Below, piece after piece: positions 28,831-37,564 of a DNA stretch of 64,000 bases; within the stretch, counting starts at the first letter, position 1; every line of letters begins with the position of its first letter. Source of the DNA: Gemmatimonadota bacterium (GTDB taxonomy: Bacteria; Gemmatimonadota; Gemmatimonadetes; Palauibacterales; KS3-K002); assembly GCA_039586795.1 (NCBI GenBank), contig JBDHJS010000016.1, positions 64,001-128,000 on the forward strand, in the 5' to 3' direction. A program made the position numbers and the translations under genes. The notes beneath the pieces were generated by a model that was not told the DNA's origin, did no database searches, and saw only the letters and a list, made by a program, of their open reading frames with translations.

Positions 28831-31800
28831 ATGACCAAACGGGCGCGAAGACCAGAAGCCAGAGTGCGAGCTCTATGGCGCCGGGTGGCGGCGTATCTCG
28901 GCGCAGCGGCGGCCGGCGGCGCCCTGGCTGCCGCTGCCGCGTTGCTGCTCGCTAGTTGGCTGGCCCGTGATAGCGGGGCGTGGGCGCGCCCGTCAGCCCT
29001 GCCGCTACTGCTTTGGATCACTTTGGCCGCGGCTCTGGCTGTCTGGCTCTGGCGGCTGGCCCGGCGAGCGTTCACGTGGAGTCGGCGGGCGGCGGCTTCC
29101 GAAATCGAACGCCGCATCGGTCTACGTCGAGGTTCTGTTCAGGGAGCGATCGAGGTCAAGGCTCAAAGTAGCGGCACCTCCAGAGCCCTCGCCGAGTTGC
29201 AGCGCCGGAGAGTCGGGGAACAGCTATCGGGTCGCCGCGTGGTGGAACTCGGCGATACGCAGGCGGCTGGAGCCAGGTTCCGGGCACGTGCCGCGGGTGG
29301 AATCGCGGTCCTCCTGCTTGTCGCTACCGGGTCTGTTTGGTTCACGTCGCGGGACGATGCCTCTCGTGCCTGGGCCGAAGTACTGCATCCCGTCCGACAT
29401 CTTTCCGCTCCGCCGCTCCCCGCAATTCATATTGCTGCAGGGCTGGATCGTGTTAGGCGCGGCCGCGACCTGCCGCTCGTAGTCGTCGCGCCCCTGCGGG
29501 ACTCGGTACTCGTCGTATGGCAACCCCGCGGCGCGGTGCCTGAGAGCCGTTGGCACACAGTCCAGGGTGGGCGCGCGGAAGCATCGGTCCGCCGGCTCGA
29601 TAGTCCGACGAACATATGGGCGATGGCGCTCGACGGTGCGCTCAGCGACACACTTCACATCACGCCATTCGATCCGTTGCTGCTTCTCGACGTTAGAGTC
29701 GATCTTCGCTTCCCGTCTTACACGCGGCGTGAGCGCGAGGTGTTCTCGACACCGCTGCCGATCATGTCAGTGCCCGAGGGCACACGTGCGATCGTGACGG
29801 GCACCGCGACGCGGCCGGTGGAGGAGGCGGCGTTGCGGACGGCCGCGGGTGCGTCGATTTCGTTCGAAGTGGTCGACGAGCGACGCTTCCAGCGGAACTT
29901 CACCGTGCGGCCCGGCAGCTGGGGCTGGGAGATAACCGGTGCGGCGCGCGTCGCCCTCGAGGGCGAACCGGACTCGCTTCAGTTCCTGGTGGTACCCGAC
30001 AGCGCTCCGCTCGTCGATGCGGTCTTCCCCGGCGTCGACACGTTGCTTTCGACGTCGATGACGCAGCCGCTGATCATCGACGCTCGGGACGACTACGGAA
30101 TCTCTCGGGTCGAGGTCGTCAGCTGGCGCATCTCCGCATGGGGCGAGCGGTGGCCCGAGCTTGTACAGCCACTGCCACTCGATGGTGATGCGCCTCGTGC
30201 GAGCTTGCCTTCACTCCTGGACGCACGTGGCCGCGGCTTCATGCCGGGCGACACGCTGCGCTACTACGTCCGTGCCTACGACAACGCGCCGGAACCGCAC
30301 GAGGGCAGAAGTCGGGAGTACGTGTTGCGACTCCCAACGTTGGATGAGGTACGCGACCGGGCTATCGCTGACGCGGACGAGCTCGTGGAGAGCACGGAGG
30401 ACCTGGCCGAGCTCGCGCGACAGCAGGAGGAAGCGCTGCAAGCGCTCGAGCGCGCCAATCGCACGCAGCCAGCGCCGGGTACACAACAGCTGGCGGGTGA
30501 GAGCGGCGCGGAGTTCCGGGAGACCGAAGCGGCACGCCAGGCCCTGGAAGAAGCGTCCGAGCTGCTGCGACAGTCGGAGCAGGTTCTCGAGCAGCTCCGC
30601 GATCTACAGGATGCTGTCGAGGCATCCGGCCTCAACGACACGACGGTGCTCGAACGTCTACGCGAGATCGAGTCGCTCTACGATCGCATCCTCACCCCCG
30701 AGTTGAGGGACCAGATCGAGGAGCTACGCGAGGCGCTCGCCGAGCTCGACCAACGGCAGATAGAACAAGCGATAGAGAACCTGTCGGATGGCAGCGCCGA
30801 CTTTCGTGAACGCGTCGAGCAGACCGTCGAACTGCTCAAACGCGCCGCAATGGAGCAAGAGTTCAGCACACTGGAGACGCAGGCGGAGGAGCTGGCTGAA
30901 GAGCACGAGGAGTTGGCGGAGGAGTTGTCCGATAGGGAAGCTGCTGGCGACTCGTCTGACGCTCGTTTCGAGCAGCGCGCTAACGACCTATCGCAACGCG
31001 CCGAGCAAGTATCAGAACGATCCGAGGATCTGGCGACCGAACTCTCGCAAGCGGACGAGAGCCAGGCGGCCGAACAAGCGTCTGAAGCCCAGCGCGCCGC
31101 GCAGCAGGCATCGCAATCGGATCAGCAAACCGCAAGCCAGGTCGGGCAGAACTCGCAACAGGCGAATCAGTCCGCCCAACGGGCGGCATCTCAGATGCAG
31201 CAAGCGGCGTCTTCGCTACGCGAAGGGCGCGAGCAGATGCAGGAGAACTGGCGTCAGGAGGTCACCCAGGCGCTGGAGCGCGCGCAAACCGAAGCGCTCG
31301 AGTTGGCGCGTCGACAGTCCGAGCAAACCGAGCGGATGCGATCGACCGATGCGGGTGAACGGGCTCAGGCGCGATCGGAGCAGGGCGCCTTGAAACGCGC
31401 CGTCGATCAGATGCAGCAGGAGCTATCGGAGGCCGGTAATAAGTCGCTGTTGATGGATCCTCAGCTCAGCCAGCAGATCGATGAGGTTTCCAGCGAGATG
31501 GAACAACTACTGTCACAGATGAGCGACGGTACTCGCCAGCGTCGTGGCGATCCACAACTCAGCGAACGGATCGCCGAATCGCTGAACGACGTCGCCTATC
31601 AGGCGATGCAGGCGGGAGAGAACGCCAGCTCGGCGCAATCGGGTACCGGGCTGGCCGAGGCCTTGCAGCAGTTGGCGCAGCTCGCTCAGCAACAGGGTGA
31701 GCTGAATGCGCAGGCGGGTGGCCTGGAGCCGGGCGACGCGCTCGACGCGATCATGCAGCAGCTTCAACAGCTAGCCGCCCAGCAGCGGGCGATCGGGAAT

Positions 31801-32193
31801 CAACTCAATGAGCTCAATCAGGAGATGGGTCCCCGGGGCCAGGTGCTGGGTCGGTTGGACGAGCTGAGCAGCGAAGCGGAAGAACTAGCGCGCGAGCTCG
31901 AGCGGGGCCGTATCAACGAACAGATCATCGAACGGCAGAACCGGTTGTTCAACCGGTTGCTCGACGCGGGCCGCACACTGGAGCGTGACGAGTTCGAGCG
32001 CGAGCGTCGCGCGGAGCGTCCGGGCGACATCGAAGTGATGAGGCCCGGCGAGTTGGCGCCTGAGCTCCTGGAGGGTCCACGCTATCCGTTGCCTGACGCC
32101 GAAACGCTTAACCGCTATCCACCGGCGATCCGCAGACTGATCCTCGAGTACTTCGATCGCCTAAACCGAGGAGACACGTCCGGTGGCTCGTAG
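28831..32193 (+). CDS. DUF4175-like membrane-anchored protein with Ig-like region and long Q/E-rich coiled coil
   Basis: Three N-terminal TMs, ARDDYGI, PGDTLRYYVRAYDN, coiled coil, RLLDAGR...YFDRL C-terminus. Confidence 0.8.
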   Translation: MTKRARRPEARVRALWRRVAAYLGAAAAGGALAAAAALLLASWLARDSGAWARPSALPLLLWITLAAALAVWLWRLARRAFTWSRRAAASEIERRIGLRRGSVQGAIEVKAQSSGTSRALAELQRRRVGEQLSGRRVVELGDTQAAGARFRARAAGGIAVLLLVATGSVWFTSRDDASRAWAEVLHPVRHLSAPPLPAIHIAAGLDRVRRGRDLPLVVVAPLRDSVLVVWQPRGAVPESRWHTVQGGRAEASVRRLDSPTNIWAMALDGALSDTLHITPFDPLLLLDVRVDLRFPSYTRREREVFSTPLPIMSVPEGTRAIVTGTATRPVEEAALRTAAGASISFEVVDERRFQRNFTVRPGSWGWEITGAARVALEGEPDSLQFLVVPDSAPLVDAVFPGVDTLLSTSMTQPLIIDARDDYGISRVEVVSWRISAWGERWPELVQPLPLDGDAPRASLPSLLDARGRGFMPGDTLRYYVRAYDNAPEPHEGRSREYVLRLPTLDEVRDRAIADADELVESTEDLAELARQQEEALQALERANRTQPAPGTQQLAGESGAEFRETEAARQALEEASELLRQSEQVLEQLRDLQDAVEASGLNDTTVLERLREIESLYDRILTPELRDQIEELREALAELDQRQIEQAIENLSDGSADFRERVEQTVELLKRAAMEQEFSTLETQAEELAEEHEELAEELSDREAAGDSSDARFEQRANDLSQRAEQVSERSEDLATELSQADESQAAEQASEAQRAAQQASQSDQQTASQVGQNSQQANQSAQRAASQMQQAASSLREGREQMQENWRQEVTQALERAQTEALELARRQSEQTERMRSTDAGERAQARSEQGALKRAVDQMQQELSEAGNKSLLMDPQLSQQIDEVSSEMEQLLSQMSDGTRQRRGDPQLSERIAESLNDVAYQAMQAGENASSAQSGTGLAEALQQLAQLAQQQGELNAQAGGLEPGDALDAIMQQLQQLAAQQRAIGNQLNELNQEMGPRGQVLGRLDELSSEAEELARELERGRINEQIIERQNRLFNRLLDAGRTLERDEFERERRAERPGDIEVMRPGELAPELLEGPRYPLPDAETLNRYPPAIRRLILEYFDRLNRGDTSGGS

Positions 32194-33979
32194 CTTGGTA
32201 CGATGTCTGATCCTCGTAACAGCCTTCGCGCTTGCCGCTGGTGATCTTTCGGCGCAGGCGGGAGGCGATGCGCTTCGACAGCGGTTGCGACAGATCACGA
32301 GCTTGGAGCAGTCGGGTCAACTCGTTCGCGCTTACAGTGAGTTGCAGGTGCTTCTGCGTGACTACCCGGCGGAAGCCGGCGTCGTGCTCGCCTACGAGCG
32401 CGTCTGCCGACGACTGGGAACGCTGGCTGACGCTCTCCCCGCCATCGAGCGTGCCATAGAGATCAATCCGGACAATCCGACCCTGTGGCAAGCGCAGCTA
32501 CGCGTGCTGGGTGAATTGGGGCAGACGGACCGACTGATAGACGAAGGCGAACGCTGGCTCGTTGTCGCTCCCCAGCTGGAGACGGCCTACCACGACTATG
32601 CCCAGGCGCTGCGCCGCGTCGGCGAGTTCGAGCGTGCGGAGGCTGTCCTGCTCATAGGGCAAGACCGAGCCAACAGCTCCGGCATGCTGACCGTCGCCCT
32701 CGCGGATATCTACCTTGCTGAAGCACGCTGGGCCGATGCTGTGGAGCATTGGCTCGCGCTCCTCGAGTCGGCGCCCTCCATGGGATGGGACGTCGTCGTA
32801 TCGCGGTTCGAGTCGCGGGGGCAGGACCAGATCGTGGTCGCGGTCGCCGTGCTCGATGTGATAGGCGTCGAACCGCCATCCGTAGCACACGCCAGTCTCG
32901 GCGCCATAGCCGCGTTGTACGCTGACGATCCGCAGACGGCTCGCCGCATGGCCGACCGGGCCCTGAGGGACATCGAACCGGCGCAGCAACGAGTTTTCAT
33001 CGATGGGTTTGCCAGCCTGGCTGTCAGACGCGATCAACCGTCGCTAGTGGCCTGGACCTACCGTCACCTGCTGCGCGAGCTTCCCAACGATGCCAACGCT
33101 TTCGATCTGGCCAAACAGATCGTGCAGCACGACCTGAGCGCCGGTGACACATCCGCGGCAATCGAAATCCTCTACGACTTCATTGCCGATGCGCAGCCCG
33201 GCTCGACGGGACACCAGTGGGCCGCCGCCGTTTGGGTACGGCTGGTTGCCGCGCGCGGTGACGCCAACAGAGCCAGCGACGCGCTGGAAGACTACGCCCG
33301 ACTCTATTCCGCAGACCCAGAGCTCTCGGACCTCGCCCTTATTGTCGCCGAGGCCTTCCTGCGGGAGGGGAAACCCGACGAATCACGGCGCGTGCTGGAG
33401 CTGGTCTCGGCGGAGTTGGCGGATCGCGATGTCAGAGCTCACATGTCGGCGGTCCGCGCCTACCTGGCGCTGTACGCCGGCGAGTACGACGAGGCTCGCA
33501 CTCAATTCGAGACCGCTGCCGCGACTTTGACGGGCAGCGAGCGTAGCGAAGCGATCCGGCTGCTCAGGCTGCTGCGCCACGCCAGTGAGCCGGAGCTCGA
33601 GGCCGTATCGGCCGCCCACGTCGCTCTCATACAGCATCAACCGGCGCAGGCGTTTGAGCGTCTGTTGAGCGGCTTGGAAGACGCGCGTCCCTCCGCAGCG
33701 CGGCCGGCCCTCCTCGTCTGGGCGGGCGAGCTGGCGATCGAATCGGGCGCGGTGGAGCGAGCGGAAGCCGTCCTGCTTCGTGTCCCCGAGCTCTATCCGG
33801 AGTCCGGCGAGGCGCCATTGGCCTTGATGAAGCTGGCCGAAGCCCTCGCGGCTGTCGATCGGAAAGACGATGCCATTGTCATCCTCGAGACCCTGATCAT
33901 CGACTACCCGGAAAGCGCCCTCACGCCCATCGGTCGCCGCCGACTCGCCGAACTAAGAGAGGAGCTCCCCCGCTCATGA
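32183..33979 (+). CDS. Exported tetratricopeptide repeat protein
   Basis: Signal peptide; TPR-like helices; C-terminal LIIDYPESALTP (YfiO/CpoB-like). Confidence 0.85.
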   Translation: MARSLVRCLILVTAFALAAGDLSAQAGGDALRQRLRQITSLEQSGQLVRAYSELQVLLRDYPAEAGVVLAYERVCRRLGTLADALPAIERAIEINPDNPTLWQAQLRVLGELGQTDRLIDEGERWLVVAPQLETAYHDYAQALRRVGEFERAEAVLLIGQDRANSSGMLTVALADIYLAEARWADAVEHWLALLESAPSMGWDVVVSRFESRGQDQIVVAVAVLDVIGVEPPSVAHASLGAIAALYADDPQTARRMADRALRDIEPAQQRVFIDGFASLAVRRDQPSLVAWTYRHLLRELPNDANAFDLAKQIVQHDLSAGDTSAAIEILYDFIADAQPGSTGHQWAAAVWVRLVAARGDANRASDALEDYARLYSADPELSDLALIVAEAFLREGKPDESRRVLELVSAELADRDVRAHMSAVRAYLALYAGEYDEARTQFETAAATLTGSERSEAIRLLRLLRHASEPELEAVSAAHVALIQHQPAQAFERLLSGLEDARPSAARPALLVWAGELAIESGAVERAEAVLLRVPELYPESGEAPLALMKLAEALAAVDRKDDAIVILETLIIDYPESALTPIGRRRLAELREELPRS

Positions 33980-35247
33980 GCTCCCGACTCTCGTTCCTGC
34001 TCCTGCTCGTGCTCGTGATCGGATTCGGCGCGCCAAGACCGGCACAAGCCCAGTATCTGCTGGCGCCTATGGACAACGCCCAAACCAATCATCTCCGCTC
34101 CTACGGGCTCGCTTTCTGGGTGCTCAAACGCGGCGAAACGGTAGAGTGGCTGCTCAACTACCGGGACGGTTCGTTCTTACTGCCCGACGGAACCGAAATC
34201 CGCCGTGAGGCGGCGCTGCGAGGCGTGACGATCGAACCATTGAGTGGAGGCGCGCTTTCGGCGATACGCGCGGAGATCGAGTCTTCCAACATGGAAGCCG
34301 TGATACTCGAGGCCGCGCCGGAGATTGCCGTCTACACCGTGCCGGGGGCGCGACCTTGGGACGACGCGGTGACGCTGGCGCTCGCCTATGCCGGCATCGA
34401 GTACGAACAACTGTGGGATCCAGAAGTCATCGCCGGTGACCTCGAGCGGTATGACTGGTTGCACCTTCACCACGAGGATTTCACCGGCCAGTACTCCAAA
34501 TTCTTCATCACCTACGCGGGCTCTTCCTGGTTGCAGGCTGCCGTGTCGCGGAACCGCCGCGTCGCGGCCGAGCTCGGCTTCGCCGATGTGCCGGCTCTGA
34601 AGAAGGGCGTGGCGGAGCAGATCCGTGCTTTCGTAGAGGGCGGCGGCTTCCTGTTTGCCATGTGCACCGCAACCGAGACGATCGACCTGGCGCTGGCGGC
34701 GCTCAACGTTGACATCGCCGCCAGCTACGCCGACGGCGACGGCGTCGATGCGGACGCTCAGTTACGGCTGGATTGGGAGCGCACGTTCGCCTTCGAGGGC
34801 GCCGAGATCATGGCCAATCCGTCGATCTCGGCGTTCAGCGATATCGATGGCCACCTGGTCAACACCGCGATGCGTCAGCCGCTAGGGTCGTTTCGCCTGT
34901 TCGACTTCAGTGCCAAGATCGACCCGGTGGCCAGCATGTTGACCCAGAGCCACCAACGCGTGATCGGTGACTTCTACGGCCTGACGACCAGCTACCGACG
35001 TACTCGGCTCAAGCCGTCGCTAACGGTGCTGGCGGAGGAGCCGGGCGCGCCGTGGGTGAAGTACATCCATGGTAACTATGGCGAGGGCACCTGGACGTTC
35101 CTGGGTGGCCACGATCCGGAAGATCCGCAGCACGTGATCGGCGACCCGCCCACCGATCTGGACCTCTATCCCCATTCCCCAGGCTATCGGCTCATCCTGA
35201 ACAATGTCCTGTTCCCGGCGGCAAAGAAGAAACACCTGAAAACCTGA
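33976..35247 (+). CDS. Conserved exported protein, class I glutamine amidotransferase-like fold (family often labelled asparagine synthetase B)
   Basis: Signal peptide AQA-Q, QTNHLRSYG, WDDAVTLAL, DWLHLHHEDFTGQY, FAMCTATET, GGHDPED, SPGYRLILNNVLFPAA. Confidence 0.8.
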   Translation: MSSRLSFLLLLVLVIGFGAPRPAQAQYLLAPMDNAQTNHLRSYGLAFWVLKRGETVEWLLNYRDGSFLLPDGTEIRREAALRGVTIEPLSGGALSAIRAEIESSNMEAVILEAAPEIAVYTVPGARPWDDAVTLALAYAGIEYEQLWDPEVIAGDLERYDWLHLHHEDFTGQYSKFFITYAGSSWLQAAVSRNRRVAAELGFADVPALKKGVAEQIRAFVEGGGFLFAMCTATETIDLALAALNVDIAASYADGDGVDADAQLRLDWERTFAFEGAEIMANPSISAFSDIDGHLVNTAMRQPLGSFRLFDFSAKIDPVASMLTQSHQRVIGDFYGLTTSYRRTRLKPSLTVLAEEPGAPWVKYIHGNYGEGTWTFLGGHDPEDPQHVIGDPPTDLDLYPHSPGYRLILNNVLFPAAKKKHLKT

Positions 35248-35383
35248 CTGGCCGCAGGGGGGCCGGGCGGGTAAATTTAGGGTTTGCGGTGCGAAAAAGT
35301 GCAAAACCGGGCGCCAAATGGGCGGCCCGGGCAGCCCTGACGCGAAGCGCTGGCCGGAGGGTCACCAACAGGAGCGGATATAG

Positions 35384-36544
35384 ATGCCTCAGTTTTCAAA
35401 GCAGTTCTCGGTTTTGCCGCCATATGCGCTGGCTGACGTTCCCAAGATCAAGGCGGAGCTGATCGAGAAGGGCGTTGATGTGATCGACTTGGGAGCCGGC
35501 GATGCTGATCAGATGCCGCCGGCCCAGACGATATCTGCGATACAGGAGGCGGTTACGGAAGAGCGGATGAGCCGCTATCCGTTCCAGCGCGGCCTACCCG
35601 AGTTCCGGCTGAAGATCTCGGAATGGACGAAGTTGCGTTTTGGAGTCGATGTCGATCCTTTCGAAGAGGTGCTGCCACTCATCGGGACCAAAGAGGGAAT
35701 AGCGCACCTGCCGCTGCTGTACATCGATCCGGGCGATGTCGCGATCGTCCCCGATCCCGGGTACTACCCCTACTTTGGCGGTACGCACATGCTGGGTGCG
35801 GAAGCGATCATGGTACCGCTACGCCGTGACAAAGGGTTCTTGCTCGACTGGACTGAGGTCCCGGCGGAGAAGTTGAAGCGAGCGAAGATTCTCTACCTCA
35901 ACTACCCGAACAACCCGACGGGAGCTATCGCACCCGATAAGTACTGGCAGGACGCCATCGCTTTTTGCCACCAGCACGATCTGCTGCTGGTAAGCGACAA
36001 CGCGTACTCCGAGATCGCGTTTGACGGTTATCGGCCGCCAAGTGTCTTAGAATATGACGGTGCGCGGGAAGTCGCCGTAGAGTTTCACTCGCTTTCCAAG
36101 ACGTTCAACATGACCGGTTGGCGGATCGGTTGGGTGGCGGGGAACAAGGAAACCGTGCAGGCCCTGGCCAAGGTGAAGGTCTACTACGACACGGGCGTCT
36201 TCCTCGCCTGCCAGGCTGCGGGCGCTGCCAGCCTCGACGCGTGGGAGGAGTTCCTCCCCCGTCAGGTGGCCGTCTTCCAAGAACGCCGCGACGCGGCGGT
36301 GGAAGGCTTTCGCGCAGCCGGTTTCGAGGTCGAAGTGCCGAAGGCGACCATGTACCTGTGGATCCCGATCCCCAGCGGCGAGCCGTCACTCGAATTCGCG
36401 CGGCGGATCCTTCAGGAGTCCGGAGTGGTTCTATTCCCAGGTGCCGGGATGGGCCAGGGTGGCGAGGGCTTCTTCCGTGTGGCACTTACCAAGTCGGCCG
36501 AGCGCTTGCAGGAAGCCGCGCAGCGCGTGGCCGAAGTACTGTAA
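35384..36544 (+). CDS. PLP-dependent class I/II aminotransferase, LL-diaminopimelate aminotransferase-like
   Basis: GTKEGIAH, LNYPNNPTG, DNAYSE, EFHSLSKTFNMTGWRIG. Confidence 0.9.
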   Translation: MPQFSKQFSVLPPYALADVPKIKAELIEKGVDVIDLGAGDADQMPPAQTISAIQEAVTEERMSRYPFQRGLPEFRLKISEWTKLRFGVDVDPFEEVLPLIGTKEGIAHLPLLYIDPGDVAIVPDPGYYPYFGGTHMLGAEAIMVPLRRDKGFLLDWTEVPAEKLKRAKILYLNYPNNPTGAIAPDKYWQDAIAFCHQHDLLLVSDNAYSEIAFDGYRPPSVLEYDGAREVAVEFHSLSKTFNMTGWRIGWVAGNKETVQALAKVKVYYDTGVFLACQAAGAASLDAWEEFLPRQVAVFQERRDAAVEGFRAAGFEVEVPKATMYLWIPIPSGEPSLEFARRILQESGVVLFPGAGMGQGGEGFFRVALTKSAERLQEAAQRVAEVL

Positions 36545-36580
36545 GAGGAACAGGATAGACGTACAGGAGTATCACGGTCA

Positions 36581-37414
36581 GTGATCCTTTCAACCGTGCT
36601 CAGACCACCGGCGGCGCCGCCCGAGGAGAAACCTCCCAAGAAGGCGCCGCGAAGGAGCGGGGCGCTGGAGGCCTATCGCAGCCGCTCGCGCCGGTACGAT
36701 CGCGCCATCGCCATTGGCGTGATCGGGTCGGTGCTCGCCCACGTGGTCTTCGTCTTCTTTTCCCGCGTGCTGATCGGATACCTGGAGCCGAATTACGACG
36801 TGCTGCCGCAGGCCGTGTCCCGACGCCTTCGCGATGAGGGCACGCGTATCATCGAATTCCAGGTGACGGAGAACATAGAAATCCAGCCGGTCCAGGTGCC
36901 TGAACCAGAGCCGGAACCGGAAGTCGTCGAGCCGCTGGAAGAGGTCGATCCCGGGCCAACACTCTCGGCGGCCGAGCGCTTGCGCCCGCAGCTGGGCGAC
37001 GAGCGCCTCAGGATCATTCCGACGATCATCCTGCCGACGCGACTCGACATGACGCCCGCGGAACGGGCTGCCGAACTCCGTGCCCGGCTTTACGCGCTCA
37101 TCGAGGAGTACGGCGACAGCATAGCCGCAGCGATGGCTCGGGAAGCGGAGAGCATGGACTGGACCGTCGGCGAGGACGGGAACAAGTGGGGAGTATCGCC
37201 GGGCCAGATCCATCTGGGCCCGGTCACCTTGCCATTACCCTTCTATTTCGGCCCCACCCGCGAGCAGGCGGCTCAGGCCGGCGAGTGGGCGATCATCCAG
37301 CAGCAGGCGGGCCAAGGCGCGCTGGACGACGCGTTCGAGGACCGGGTCAGGGCCATTCGGGAGCGGAAAGAGGCCGAGGCCAAGGCGGATACGACATCGG
37401 GCGGCGGCGGCTGA
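36581..37414 (+). CDS. Hypothetical single-pass membrane protein with Pro/Glu linker
   Basis: TM SVLAHV, PEPEPEPE linker, DWTVGEDGNKWGVSPG C-terminal domain. Confidence 0.75.
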   Translation: MILSTVLRPPAAPPEEKPPKKAPRRSGALEAYRSRSRRYDRAIAIGVIGSVLAHVVFVFFSRVLIGYLEPNYDVLPQAVSRRLRDEGTRIIEFQVTENIEIQPVQVPEPEPEPEVVEPLEEVDPGPTLSAAERLRPQLGDERLRIIPTIILPTRLDMTPAERAAELRARLYALIEEYGDSIAAAMAREAESMDWTVGEDGNKWGVSPGQIHLGPVTLPLPFYFGPTREQAAQAGEWAIIQQQAGQGALDDAFEDRVRAIRERKEAEAKADTTSGGGG

Positions 37415-37564
37415 GCCGGCCCGGCCCAGACCGATTGCCACACCGTCCTTTCAAGATAAGTTTCACGCCATCACAGTGTTCACATGCCGACGCGGACCGC
37501 GCCCGGGCTCGGGCGGCCCCCGGGTTGGCGTACATCCTTTGAGGGAAAATTCGAGCTGGGTGAC

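Noticed and set aside
30400..31950. CAG/GAG-rich low-complexity DNA as a repeat element
   Set aside because: Explained by the Q/E-rich coiled coil of the encoded protein
35248..35383. Lysine or other riboswitch before the aminotransferase
   Set aside because: No recognisable aptamer motifs; looks like a plain promoter region
37415..37564. T-box or other riboswitch in the valS leader
   Set aside because: Leader is short and lacks a T-box consensus or terminator
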